Assembly (NCBI GenBank): GCA_040357565.1
Contig: JBDODJ010000009.1
Strand: one strand, 5' to 3'
Origin: Cercozoa sp. M6MM
Taxonomy: Eukaryota; Protista; Endomyxa: Ascetosporea
Length of the DNA: 64,000 nt
Shown here piece after piece: positions 53,388-64,000 of the stretch. The notes under the pieces are model-generated. The model saw only the letters and a list, made by a program, of their open reading frames with translations, had not been told where the DNA came from and did not search any database. Position numbers and translations under genes: made by a program. Position 1 is the first letter of the stretch; each line of letters starts with the position of its first letter.

Positions 53388-56305
53388 TCAGTCATTGAGA
53401 ATCTCGAGGCTTATGTGAGTCGGAACGAATTCGCTTGTCGTAAAATTGATTCTCCTGTTGGTTGCTTCGTCCCCCGGGCTGCTGAGGTTGGTCTCAGTAG
53501 TGACTGAAAGCTCTGACACACGAATGTCACGATCCCGTGTTTTTTTCAAAGGCCTAACACAACAAGCTGAATGAAATTCGCTTCGGACTGGTACCGCCGC
53601 GCGCGCCGAAAAAGCCACGACTCCATACCTGGACAGAGGATGCGTCAAGTCAACATGCTCGGGAATCTCGCAGTCGATACTGAGCTCGAGGATTATCGCT
53701 TGGATTTCTTGGAGCTTAGCAAGCACTTGCTCCATTGTGCACCGCTCTTGCCAGCCAAAGAAACTGCGCATGCCATGCAGCGCGAAGGTACAGGCAAAAC
53801 AGGTATCAATTCAAAGAGTGTCGTGTACAGGGTGTCGTGAATTAACTTGGAAAGGGCCGCGTAAACATCGTGTCGTTCCGCCAAGAGCGGAAACGGGAGG
53901 TCCATATCGTCACCGTCGAGCAAAGACGCCTGCGGCGACTTTTGCTCGCAGTATTGATAGAATGCGAATAAGAAGGCGGGAACGGTTTCGTTCTTCACTT
54001 TTTCCCACACAGCGTCAAGCGCAATCACTGGATTTACTCGGAAGAACACCTCCGCCAAAAGAATCTATCAATCCACATCATAAATATATGTTTATATACT
54101 AAAGATGTACAATATTAGAGGGAGCAATGTAGAGCAGAGCGTTCACATATTAATACGTATTGCATGCAACTGAAGCCAAAATCTGAAATATCGACGTAGG
54201 TTTACCCCAAACCCCCATACGTCTCTCGCCATAAGCGCTTCGATGCCCTGTTCGGGTTTGATACCGCCGATTGCTTCAGGTGCCATGTAGATAGGCGAGC
54301 CTCCAACACTCGCGCCGCTCTAGAACGCAGATCTCATTACAAACGTCCCTGTAGTTACGTAAAGATGTAGTACCTGTCGCCTTAGCGATACTTCGTCTTG
54401 AGCCAAGCCCTACCAGTGCATGGAGCAAAGTAGCTTAACATAGCTATAGAGGCTGGTACCAGATCGAGGAGAACTGCGTGGATGTCGATACTCGGCAATG
54501 TGCTCTCTTCATCGCTTTTCTCAACTTCGCCCCAAGTGTCGATGTCGTCCTCCGGGTTGAACCAGGGCAGATACCGTACAGGTGATACAATCTGCGCACT
54601 CTCAGAAAAGAGTCTAATGCTGCGTCAGGAAATTTACTCGCAACAGTTGTTGTAATTTACAACGGATGAGTTCTCTGCCTTCACGTCGAGATGCGCGACT
54701 TTGTTCTTGTGCATGTAAGCCTGGGAATACTTGCAACATTCTTGAAGTTGCTTCAACTTTTATGGTAGTTTCATAGTACAAGAGCGGTGGCGATGTCGAT
54801 AGCTAGCGACATCTGGACGCGCAGCGATGTGCGCACCTCAAAGAAGAGGAGCTGCTCCACAGTGTCCACTTCTGTCAGTTTCGATGAACTGGTTCGAGCA
54901 CCAAGGTACCGTCATCTTTGCTTCAACCCAACTGAAAGCATAGAGGTGGTAAATTTACAGTGCACGATCGAGCGTGTGCCATCCGTATCGTGGCAGCACC
55001 GTCAAAGTTGCTGCTCCTTCTACCTTGCAGCACTCAGGTTCACCCAATGCAATCGTGACATAGACAACTTCGCTTACTCAAAGCCACAAAGGCTATCGGG
55101 CGTACTAAAGCGGGGCTACCCACATTCTCTGTATGTTAATTTAATGTATATCTTCTATCTTTTAAGTACCACAGCGACGCAACCTCCTCGTCATGTGCGA
55201 TCTCAAAGTGTGCATGCTTTGTACCGTACACAGCTGCTCACATGACGTAGTGTATACTCGTTGCATGCACTGAAACAATCGATACCAGTGTGTTTGCGAT
55301 GTCCGTGCTGCGCGACCGACATGACACGAGCCTCTTCGATCGCCTTCTCGTAGTCATCTGTTCCCTGTCCGGAAACCTTGAGCACGAAGGCACTTGGCTG
55401 AGATTTACATGTGCAAATATTGCCCCAGAAATGTGGTGTAAAGAAGTAAATGTACTTGCTTGCTCAGAAATGCGACAGCCTTCCGAGTTTCCTGTGACTT
55501 GCGAGTGCCTGTTGTATAAAAAATAATCAGACGATTGCAGTATCTGAATCAGTCCTCCTGCCTGTATAACATGAAAGTGTGCCATATATAGAGTACATGA
55601 AATTAGTCGCAGCATCGACAAGAGCATACGAGAGACGACACCGGCTCTGTCTCGACCGCGCATTTCCTCAAACTTTGCTTCAGGGGGTACGTTCTGCCCC
55701 TTCGTCTTTTCAGTCTCGCTGCGACTACTCGAGATGTCATACGCAAACACGGCCGGTTTTTCGCCAAATGCAAACACGTGACCTTGCGCACCTGCGCCGA
55801 GTAGCTTGAGACCGAAAGGATCCAGCGTGCGGCCAGCTTGCAGCACCAACAGTGACAAGAAGTCGCGCAGCAGACGGATAGACTCGTGCGCGTTATCGCC
55901 TGAAGGATAAATTTCACACGCACGGTATTAACCAACTGATCACTTGCGAAACTTTTGACATAATTTACACACACGCGGACTAGGGGGTGACACTGTCAGT
56001 GCTGATTTAGGTGTCAGTGGCGACACCGACTCGGGAGAAGACGGAAGCACCGTTAGAGCTGAGTCAGCTGACTTGGGCTTGAGTGGTGACACCGTGACTG
56101 GCTCACCTGTCTGGTCGCGCACCTCGGTCGAACCGTGAGATCCCCGTGACTGATGCGTGGCTGAGCCCTTCTTCGAAAAGAGTGGCAGTGTGATGTCGAA
56201 ACGCGCAACGTCGGTGACGGTGCTACCTCGGCGAGCTGGAGGTTTGATCGGCACGTCGTATGCGAGAACTTGCGAAAGCAAGCAAAGGAAACTGAGTAGC
56301 TTCAT
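53388..56305 (-). CDS. Divergent Ser/Thr protein kinase with N-terminal signal peptide
   Basis: MKLLSFLCLLSQVLA; LGAGAQGHV; FVLK; alphaC EEAR; HLDVKAEN; DLG; GSPIYMAPE; DVWGLG. Confidence 0.82.
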
Positions 56306-56786
56306 TAGCAACTTTCCCAGTTTGGTCTCAAAAGCGAGCCCGACTTTGCAGCTTCAGTTGCCTGTCGGTGCCAATCAGCTGCCCTCAGACTCAGTTTGAA
56401 TTCAATTCATCGTTCCAGACGCCGAGGATGACTCAAACTTGCCTTTTGGATTTGAAATACGTCAGGCACACACGTGCTCTGGTCGTTGACACTAATAGCA
56501 AATTTAAACCATGGTATGGTGGGTCACACCTGACCCCGTCGGAAAGGGGATCAACCGACTCGAAACCTAAAGACTTGCCACGTCGCAGCCATGCTTCTCA
56601 CGAAGGTTCATTCTCGACAGAGACATCCGAAGAAAGCGATAGGCGCTGTGCAACGAGTGACCTGGTTCGCGCACGTGTACGTCGGACTTGGGAGTGACGA
56701 TTTTGAAACCCACCTCTGGCTTGCCATTGGACAGGTTCTCCTCTGGCGAAAACGACCAACAGTCATACACGCACAGGCACGCACTC

Positions 56787-59698
56787 ATGCGCAAAGCGAG
56801 TGCTGCGCCATCGTTGTGCGTGCTGGTATCAAGTTTCGCCGGAGTCGTGAGCGGTTCTTCAAGTATCGATTCCAGTCTCGATACTCACAACAGCCTGGGC
56901 AACAACGACACACCAGTGACCGGCTCTGACAGCGAAGTTGTCGATCTGTGTTACGTCAAATGCGACGGTTGTATCGTTGACTGGGGCCGCTTGTTCCACT
57001 GTGCACCGCCAGGAGCGCAGCCCTTTGTTCTTGTAGGGTAGTTTGGCCTTTGGTTTTTGTATCGTGGTCGTGGTGTGTTTGAACCTGCTGGTGTAGAATG
57101 CTGCTGGCGCTGATGTTGATGTTTCTTTGGCTCGGCAAGATCGCCGACGTCTACCTGAGCGACAGCATGGTCGAGATTCAGGTATGCGCTATCGATCGAA
57201 TGACGGTACAGACTACGGAGAAACAGAATTACGTTGATGTTGGTAGAGGATCACCAAGATGTCGGACACTACGGCTGGATGCACGATCCTTGCGCTCGCC
57301 AATGGTGCTCCTGACCTTGGCAGCGGTATGCAGGCCATCATCTACGCACGTGACGCAGAGGATGCCATTCTCGGCATGGTAAGTTTAAATACGATACGAT
57401 TTAACTCATATCAAAGCGATGTTCACACACCTCTTGTCTGGCATTCAGTCCTCTCTGATGGGAGGAGGCATGTTCGTCTGCAATCTCGTGTTAGCTGGTA
57501 TGAGGCAGGTGTCCCTATTGAGTATACTTTTAAATAGTTGCAAATTTACTGATTGCTCCATCAGCCATCGTGATTGCTTCTCCGGACTTTGCCGTGAAAC
57601 GCGGGCCTTTTATGCGCGATCTGGTACAACGATAGACCTGGAAGATTACAAACACTAGGATTATTGACTGGTGTGCCCCTCCCCCAGGGATGCCTATGGG
57701 TGGCCGTATTTGCCATCGTGCTCTGTGTGGCCGACCTGCGCTTCCGCCTTTCGGAAGGCATCGCACTGCTCGTGTTCTACGCCTTGTATGTGCTCGTTGT
57801 GATCTGCGCCGCCAAGGTAGCCTTGCCGCAAAGAGTCTCCAAGTGACACAGCTGACTGGCAAAGCTGTTAATGTGAACAGATAATGAAGAAGATGCAGCG
57901 AACGTCGCTGATGCGGCCTGTCGACGTTGAGTGCTCTCAGCGCGAGTTGGTAAGTCACTTCGTTCTATGCGATACAACTTAGGTAACCATACGAAACGAC
58001 CCAGACGCTGCCTTCGCAGGAACTGTCACCGACGGCGCAGGAGCAGCCTGAGGAAACCACATCCCAGGACACTCGCGAGACCAAACTGGTACCGTGCATC
58101 TCGTATATTAGTCAGCGCAGACTATCTTCAGTGTACTGTACCTGACTGTGCAGACGGAGACGACAGCAGGCGGTGCTTCACGTCGCTCGCTGGTCCAGAT
58201 GGCGGCCAACGACGCCGTTGCTCGTGGTACTAAATCAAACATATTAGCGCCCCCATGGTCGTATTTGAGGGTGTGTACAGGACCCTTCACGATGCAGTTC
58301 CTGTGGCACCAGCTCAAACAGGACATGCAGGAGCACAAACTCGACTGGCGACAGAAAAGCACAATCGATAAGGTGTTCGACGCACTCTGGACACTTCCCG
58401 TTGGCCTGCTTTGCATGGTACCAATACTGCTATGCGCGCTTAGTTTATGTGTTACTTTCTGGAGGTTAGATCTCGTGTCCGATCACCTGGCAAGTGGACA
58501 TCGACAGCGAACCGAGTTCTTGGAACCCATTGGTATATTATATTTATGGCTGGAAGCTTGTACACCTACTCCGGTAGTGTCTTCAGTTATCTCTGGCCGG
58601 AGTTCCGTGTTCGGTCGCCTTCGTGTCGTCGCAGTTTCTGGTAAAATGCAGCAATAACTAAACATGTAGTACTGCTCAAGTCAGATTAAAGAACCGGTGT
58701 GTGCAATGCATGCAGCCAGACTTCCAAGTCGGCACATGTCCCGGCTGGTTGTTTCTCGGAGTGGTCACCTTAGTGGTCACGCTGACGGTATCGCTGCTGC
58801 TGCGACGGTACGCGCGAATGGATTGGACGCGGCCATTCGCCAAGTCGGCGTTCGTGACGCTGTGTCTGCTGTCGTCGGTCGCATGGATCAATTTGATTGC
58901 TGGTACTGTATTGCCCCGCCTCTCCTTACCTTTACCCCCTCCCCTCTGTTATAGGAGAGACGGTCTACTGCCTGGACCAGCTGGGTCGAATGACCTCTTT
59001 AAATGCACTCTTCCTGGGCGTCACTATGCTGGCCATTGGCAACTCCGTTGGTATCTCTAATTGACCCTTAGGATTAAGGCACATACACAAACTCTGAGCA
59101 GGTGACTTGTCAGCGGCGTATGCTCTGTCCAAGGCAGGCTTCCCTTGCATGGCCCTGAGTGCCGTCTATGCTGGTATATCGCACACCATACCTTCCCTTG
59201 CATGGTTCTGAGGAGTGACCGTACATTTATTGCACGGAAACAGACATGGTATGTTCTCTACTGGGTCTGATGGGTATAGGACCACTGTTCAACATGCTGG
59301 TGACGACCGGTCTGTCCATTACGGTCAAGACGGCCTCGATGCCGTCGCACATGTGGCAGGTGTTCGTCTCGCCGCACGGTGGTCTGCTTTTCTCGGGATC
59401 AATGATCCTGTTCTCGCTAATCTCGCAGGTTTATTCTAGTTCTTCTGTTTCCAGTCCCTGTATACTATATCTGTTTGACTGGATTATTGACACCGACAGG
59501 CCGTCGCCATCGCGTGCTGCGGCTTCAAAGCACGCAAGTGGCTCGCCGTTCTCTGCGTCGCCAACTACGTCGCCTTTGTCGCAGGCATCTCCTTGCTTGT
59601 CTTTGCTTTCGGTACCGTACAACGAAAATCCACGCTGTCCTCAGTGAGGCTCCCTAACTATAAAATTACCGGCTGGATTCTGGGCAGGGCAAGACTAA
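56787..59698 (+). CDS. Cation/Ca2+ exchanger, CCX/NCLX subfamily (start uncertain)
   Basis: Alpha-1 repeat AGCTILALANGAPD and alpha-2 repeat LGVTMLAIGNSVGD; multiple TM segments. Confidence 0.88.
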
Positions 59699-59968
59699 CC
59701 TACGCCGCGCTAGTTATGCGCACGAATCCTATTCTTAGTATTAACGGTTCTGAGTCGATTGAACCTCGCCTGAACCAAACGGAACGAAAGTTACGTCGGT
59801 CAGTCAGCGCAGCTATGGTTAACAATTGCAAGTAGTAGAGTCGAGCGATGCTCGCGACCGGACGTTCGACGTCGGCATGCATATGCCACGCCAATGATGC
59901 GCGTGCTGCTCGAATTCGATGCAGCGATTCGCCGATCGTACAGTGGCGGGTGGGACAGTGAGTTTAAG

Positions 59969-60156
59969 TCAGAACGAGTGTGCCTGGTCAGCCTCATCAG
60001 ACTTGTCGGTCTCGTCCATGGAGGAGGCTAGACTTCTCTTTCGGAAGGCGGTCTCGTAGCCGTGTCGTAGCTGCATCTTGATCGCGTCAGGCAACGCCGG
60101 CAGTGCACTCGCCTGTGATACAAGGATGTGTGCGTGCGTGCGTGCGTGCGCGGCGC

Positions 60157-60206
<50 letters not shown>

Positions 60207-60216
60207 NNNNNNNNNN

Positions 60217-60264
<48 letters not shown>

Positions 60265-62094
60265 ACGGGGGCAGACAAAGGCAGTACCGGCACGATGTAG
60301 GAACTCATGGCGAAGAAGTCGTCAAAAACCTTGTGGAAAGAGGCCGTTGCCTTGAGGTAGTCGAAGCCTAACCAACACCAAGAAGGTAGGGGGAGGGGTG
60401 TATGCATAGGATACGTGATGAGAGGTACCACTGCTGCCGCCGGTGCCCATCTTGCTTCCGAGCATCTATGGAAGTGAAGGAGGCAGTGTAAAAAGTAAGG
60501 AAGGCAGAAGAACACAAGGCAGGCCTACACGTCGAACGACGAGAGCGTGCGTATAACGCCACTGCGTCAGCAGCTCGTCAATGTCCTGCAGACACGTAAT
60601 CAGCTGGAATGGCATCTGGAAGGCCGGCTCGTGGCGGTACAGCTGGATGAACAGCGCCGCCTGCATGGCCTTGTAGCTAGGGGAGGGTAGTCAGGTAAAA
60701 AAGAAGGCACTGAGCCGGGGGGGGTGTACCTCAAACGACGACGACCCTTCTGTCGCAGCACCTCGTACTTCTCGGGATCGAAAATATCCTCGAACGCCGC
60801 ACGTTGCTGAGTCACCGACTGAACAAAGGGAGAGGGTAAGGAGGTAGAAGGCGGGGCTAAAGCCAGAGACACCTCCAGTTGCGCCTTCTTGTCCTCCTCA
60901 GTGACGGCGAGTTCGGCGGCAGCTTCGTCCTCCGCGAGCATCGCCGCCACGGCCGCACGGTACTCGGAAAACCAACCGTCCTGTCCACGTACCAGTAGAT
61001 GGACATACGCACAAACAGCCCCAGGTGCGGACAGATAGGGAACAAGGTGTACCTGCCAACCTTCCTGCAGGAAGGGCGTACGGCACAGCCAGCGTTCCAC
61101 CAGCGTAAACATCGACGGCTTGCGCTCTTCCTCGGCCGCCTCGACCTGCCGCGCGTGCTCTTCGGACAGACGCTCCGTGTACTCGCAGTGACGGTAGCGC
61201 ACGCGCTTGTCGCGCGGCAGGCCCAGACGGTTCTCCTGTACAAAGACACGTAGGGGCGGGGAGGGGGGTATCAATACAGACACACATGTACCAAGGTGCG
61301 GAACTGCACGGACTGGAAGCCACTCGCCGGGTACACTGCACCAGTCAGTCGAATAGAGCAAGGCCATGGGAAAGGTTGAAGGATAGACTACAGAAGTCGC
61401 GGAACTCGAGGAAGTCCTGCGGTGTCATAGTTTCGAGAATCTTCATCTGCGACACGAGCACCTTGAGGATCTCGCACACGCGACGCAGACGCGACACAAT
61501 CACCAGCAGCTTCTTCTCTGCAATAAACTGCGACAGGGGGTAAATTGCGTCACAGCGACTATCTGGGAGAGGGGGAGGGGGACCTCCGCAGTCAGGAAGG
61601 TAGCGCAGCTCTCCAGCTCGTGCAGGATCTGCTTGAACCACAGCTCGTACGTCTGGTGGATCGTGATCTAACCAGGCACAGCAAGACATACCAGGCATAA
61701 AAAAGGAAGAAAGGGAACAAAAGGAAGGGAATAAGGGAAAGGGAGAAGGAGGGAAGGAGGGGAAAACTACGAAAAGCATCTCATCGTGCGCCAGCTCACC
61801 GCCGACCTCGAGCGATTTCGGTTTCTGCGCCGTCAGAATCTGGTCCAACTGCGGAACAAAAATACGGTAAAATCGCAGCAGTGATAGAGAAAGCAAAAGA
61901 AGGAACAAGAGAACTGGATACAGCAAGGTAGTCGTGGTAGTAAACTGGCTCAGTGCCGCGCTTTGGACGCACTTCATTCGCGAGACCAACATGGCTAATG
62001 AGGCACGACAAGGTACAAAAGCACACAAACAAACAGGCCATATATTCAACTACCTGGCGTTGCGCGTAATGCCTTTACCGAATGGGCACGACAT
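59969..62094 (-). CDS. TDO2: Tryptophan 2,3-dioxygenase
   Basis: MSCPF start; YHDYL, HDEMLF, HQTYELWFKQILHE, LETMTPQDFLEFR, PASGFQSVQFR, GSKMGTGGSSG; TGA stop. Confidence 0.95.
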
Positions 62095-62457
62095 GCTGTG
62101 TTTTGACTCGGTGTATTCTTCTTGTTTCTTGCCGACTTGCTTTTTAGTTTTCGACGTGACAGTGTCGTGGCTATTTGATGGCCAGAATCCAGACCAAAGG
62201 CAGCAGGCACTTGCTTGAGCAGTACAACGACTGTATTACAAGAGCTGCACCGAGGGTACAGTACATGTCTATCATGTATGTTTTGGACAAAATATAAAGA
62301 CATATTTTTGGAACAAATCTCTTGTTGCCTGCAACGAAACAGTGTGTGCCTGCCTGCAGTTGTAGGAGGGTGCCGTTTATTACGACAACACGTAAGCTGG
62401 TTTATCCTTCGTGGAACTTTGCAAAAATCTGTTGAACGTTTTCATTCTCTCTTCAGG

Positions 62458-64000
62458 ATGTCACGTGTCGCGCTTGCCGAGATCGGTCTCTCGCCGGCGT
62501 TGCGACCGCAATCAGCACCTGCCAGGTAATGCGCTCGGGGTAAAGCAAGAAAGACACCATGTAAACTTCACTGAGCAGGAGTATCGAGAAGGAGGAAGAC
62601 TTGTTTTTGAAGATGAAGTCGCTCGAGAAACAACTCGAATTTCTCACTATTCAAGAGAACTACATTAAGGTAATTTTCGACAGTGTTTCGAATTGCTCCA
62701 AACTATGTTGATGGTACCTCTTTCTCTGCAGGACGAGCTTAAAAACCTGCAGCGCGAAATGATTCAGGCGAAGGTATGATTTATTCCTTTCTATTGCTGT
62801 ATTTGCAGATTAATACCTATTAATACATTTGTCGTCACAGGAAGACGTTAAAAAAATTCAGTCGGTGCCGCTCATGTGCGGCCAATTCCTTGAGGCCATC
62901 GATGAGCACTTTGGCATCGTTCACAGCACCGGTAACTACCGCGCATACAGTCGTGTTGTGTCTCTTGTATTGAATGTGGTGATTATTCTCTAGGCGGTGG
63001 CACCTACTACGCGCGTGTACTGTCAACGCTTGACCGCGAAAAGCTGAAGCCGAACACATCGGTGGCTATCCATCGACATGCTCACTCGGTTGTGGACATC
63101 CTGCCACCCGACACTGATGCCTCTGTCACCGCGCTCAAGGTACCGCGGCACTGGCTACCGTCTAGTACGGTTTTCCGGGAGCTTTTATTTTGTTGATTGC
63201 AATCTCGACAGGTCTCCGAAAAACCGGATGTAACGTACGCCGATATCGGTGGTCTCGACGTACAGAAGCAGGAGGTGCGAGAGGCTGTCGAGCTGCCGTT
63301 GACGCAGTTTGACCTGTACCGCAGCATCGGTATCGACCCGCCGCGCGGCGTGCTCATGTACGGTCCGCCCGGCACGGGCAAGACCATGATGGCTAAGGCA
63401 GGTACACGAGTGACCACTGTCTTATTTGGGTGTTTAAAACACATTTGCTTCCTCAACAGTGGCTAACGCGACAACGGCCACGTTCATTCGCATGGTCGGC
63501 AGTGAGTTTGTGCAGAAGTACCTGGGCGAGGTAAACAGTATGCTTTGCGTGTAAGCTGGCGTGTTTGGCGATCATTTGCCGGCCTTGATTTTAGGGTCCC
63601 CGTATGGTGCGCGATGTGTTCCGCCTGGCGCGAGAGAACGCGCCCTCCATCGTGTTCATCGATGAGGTTGACGCCATTGCCACCAAACGATTTGACTCGC
63701 AGGTAGAACGGTTTATGTCAAGTTAGGGAGTTGCCGAAAGGTATCATTCTGCGGTCAATTTCGCAGAACGGCGGCGACCGCGAAGTGCAGCGCATTCTGA
63801 TCGAGCTGTTGACGCAGATGGACGGCTTCGACCAGTCAGTCAATGTCAAAATCATCATGGCCACCAACCGCGCCGATACGCTCGATCCTGCACTGCTGCG
63901 TCCGGGCCGACTGGACCGCAAGATCGAGTTCCCGAACCCGGACCGACGACAGAAACGCATGATCTACCAGGTGCGTTGACTCAACCATGTGTGTATATAT
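62458..64000 (+). CDS. PSMC4: 26S proteasome regulatory AAA-ATPase subunit 6B (RPT3), partial
   Basis: [87 protein letters not shown]. Confidence 0.96.

Noticed and set aside
54601-54675. Non-canonical intron giving HLDVKAEN-IRLF in the kinase
   Set aside because: In-frame GT-AG solutions (60 or 69 nt) exist; cannot be claimed without RNA-seq.

Overview
Eukaryotic nuclear scaffold, probably a protist (lineage not determined). It uses the standard code: TAA, TAG and TGA all end reconstructed genes. Genes are very intron-dense (GT-AG introns mostly ~50-70 nt, donors usually just GTA/GTAC), and many introns carry (TG)n tracts next to N gaps, so the ORF track is fragmentary and the gene models below were spliced by hand. 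Contents in order: a single-ORF APE-RT-RNaseH non-LTR retrotransposon with one in-frame TAG; STEEP1/CXorf56-like; MFS sugar porter; RNA Pol I subunit RPA2; two hypothetical proteins; cNMP-binding protein; F-box/LRR-like protein; U1 snRNA; mitoribosomal uL6; CBS-domain protein; an intergenic block with two candidate structured RNAs; adrenodoxin-like ferredoxin; mitoribosomal uL23; Expp1-like secreted protein; Cdc25; zinc-finger/RRM protein; PH-domain protein; membrane-anchored coiled-coil protein; signal-peptide-bearing kinase; CCX/NCLX exchanger; TDO; RPT3 (runs off the window). Best leads: (1) a U1 with a non-canonical Sm site alongside degenerate donor sites and narrowly sized introns; (2) an apparently secreted, catalytically intact non-RD kinase; (3) unannotated structured-RNA candidates at 31.67-32.16 kb; (4) (TG)n tracts oriented by chromosome strand rather than gene direction; (5) a ~170-aa insertion in the Cdc25 catalytic domain. 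All family calls come from motif recognition; no searches were run.
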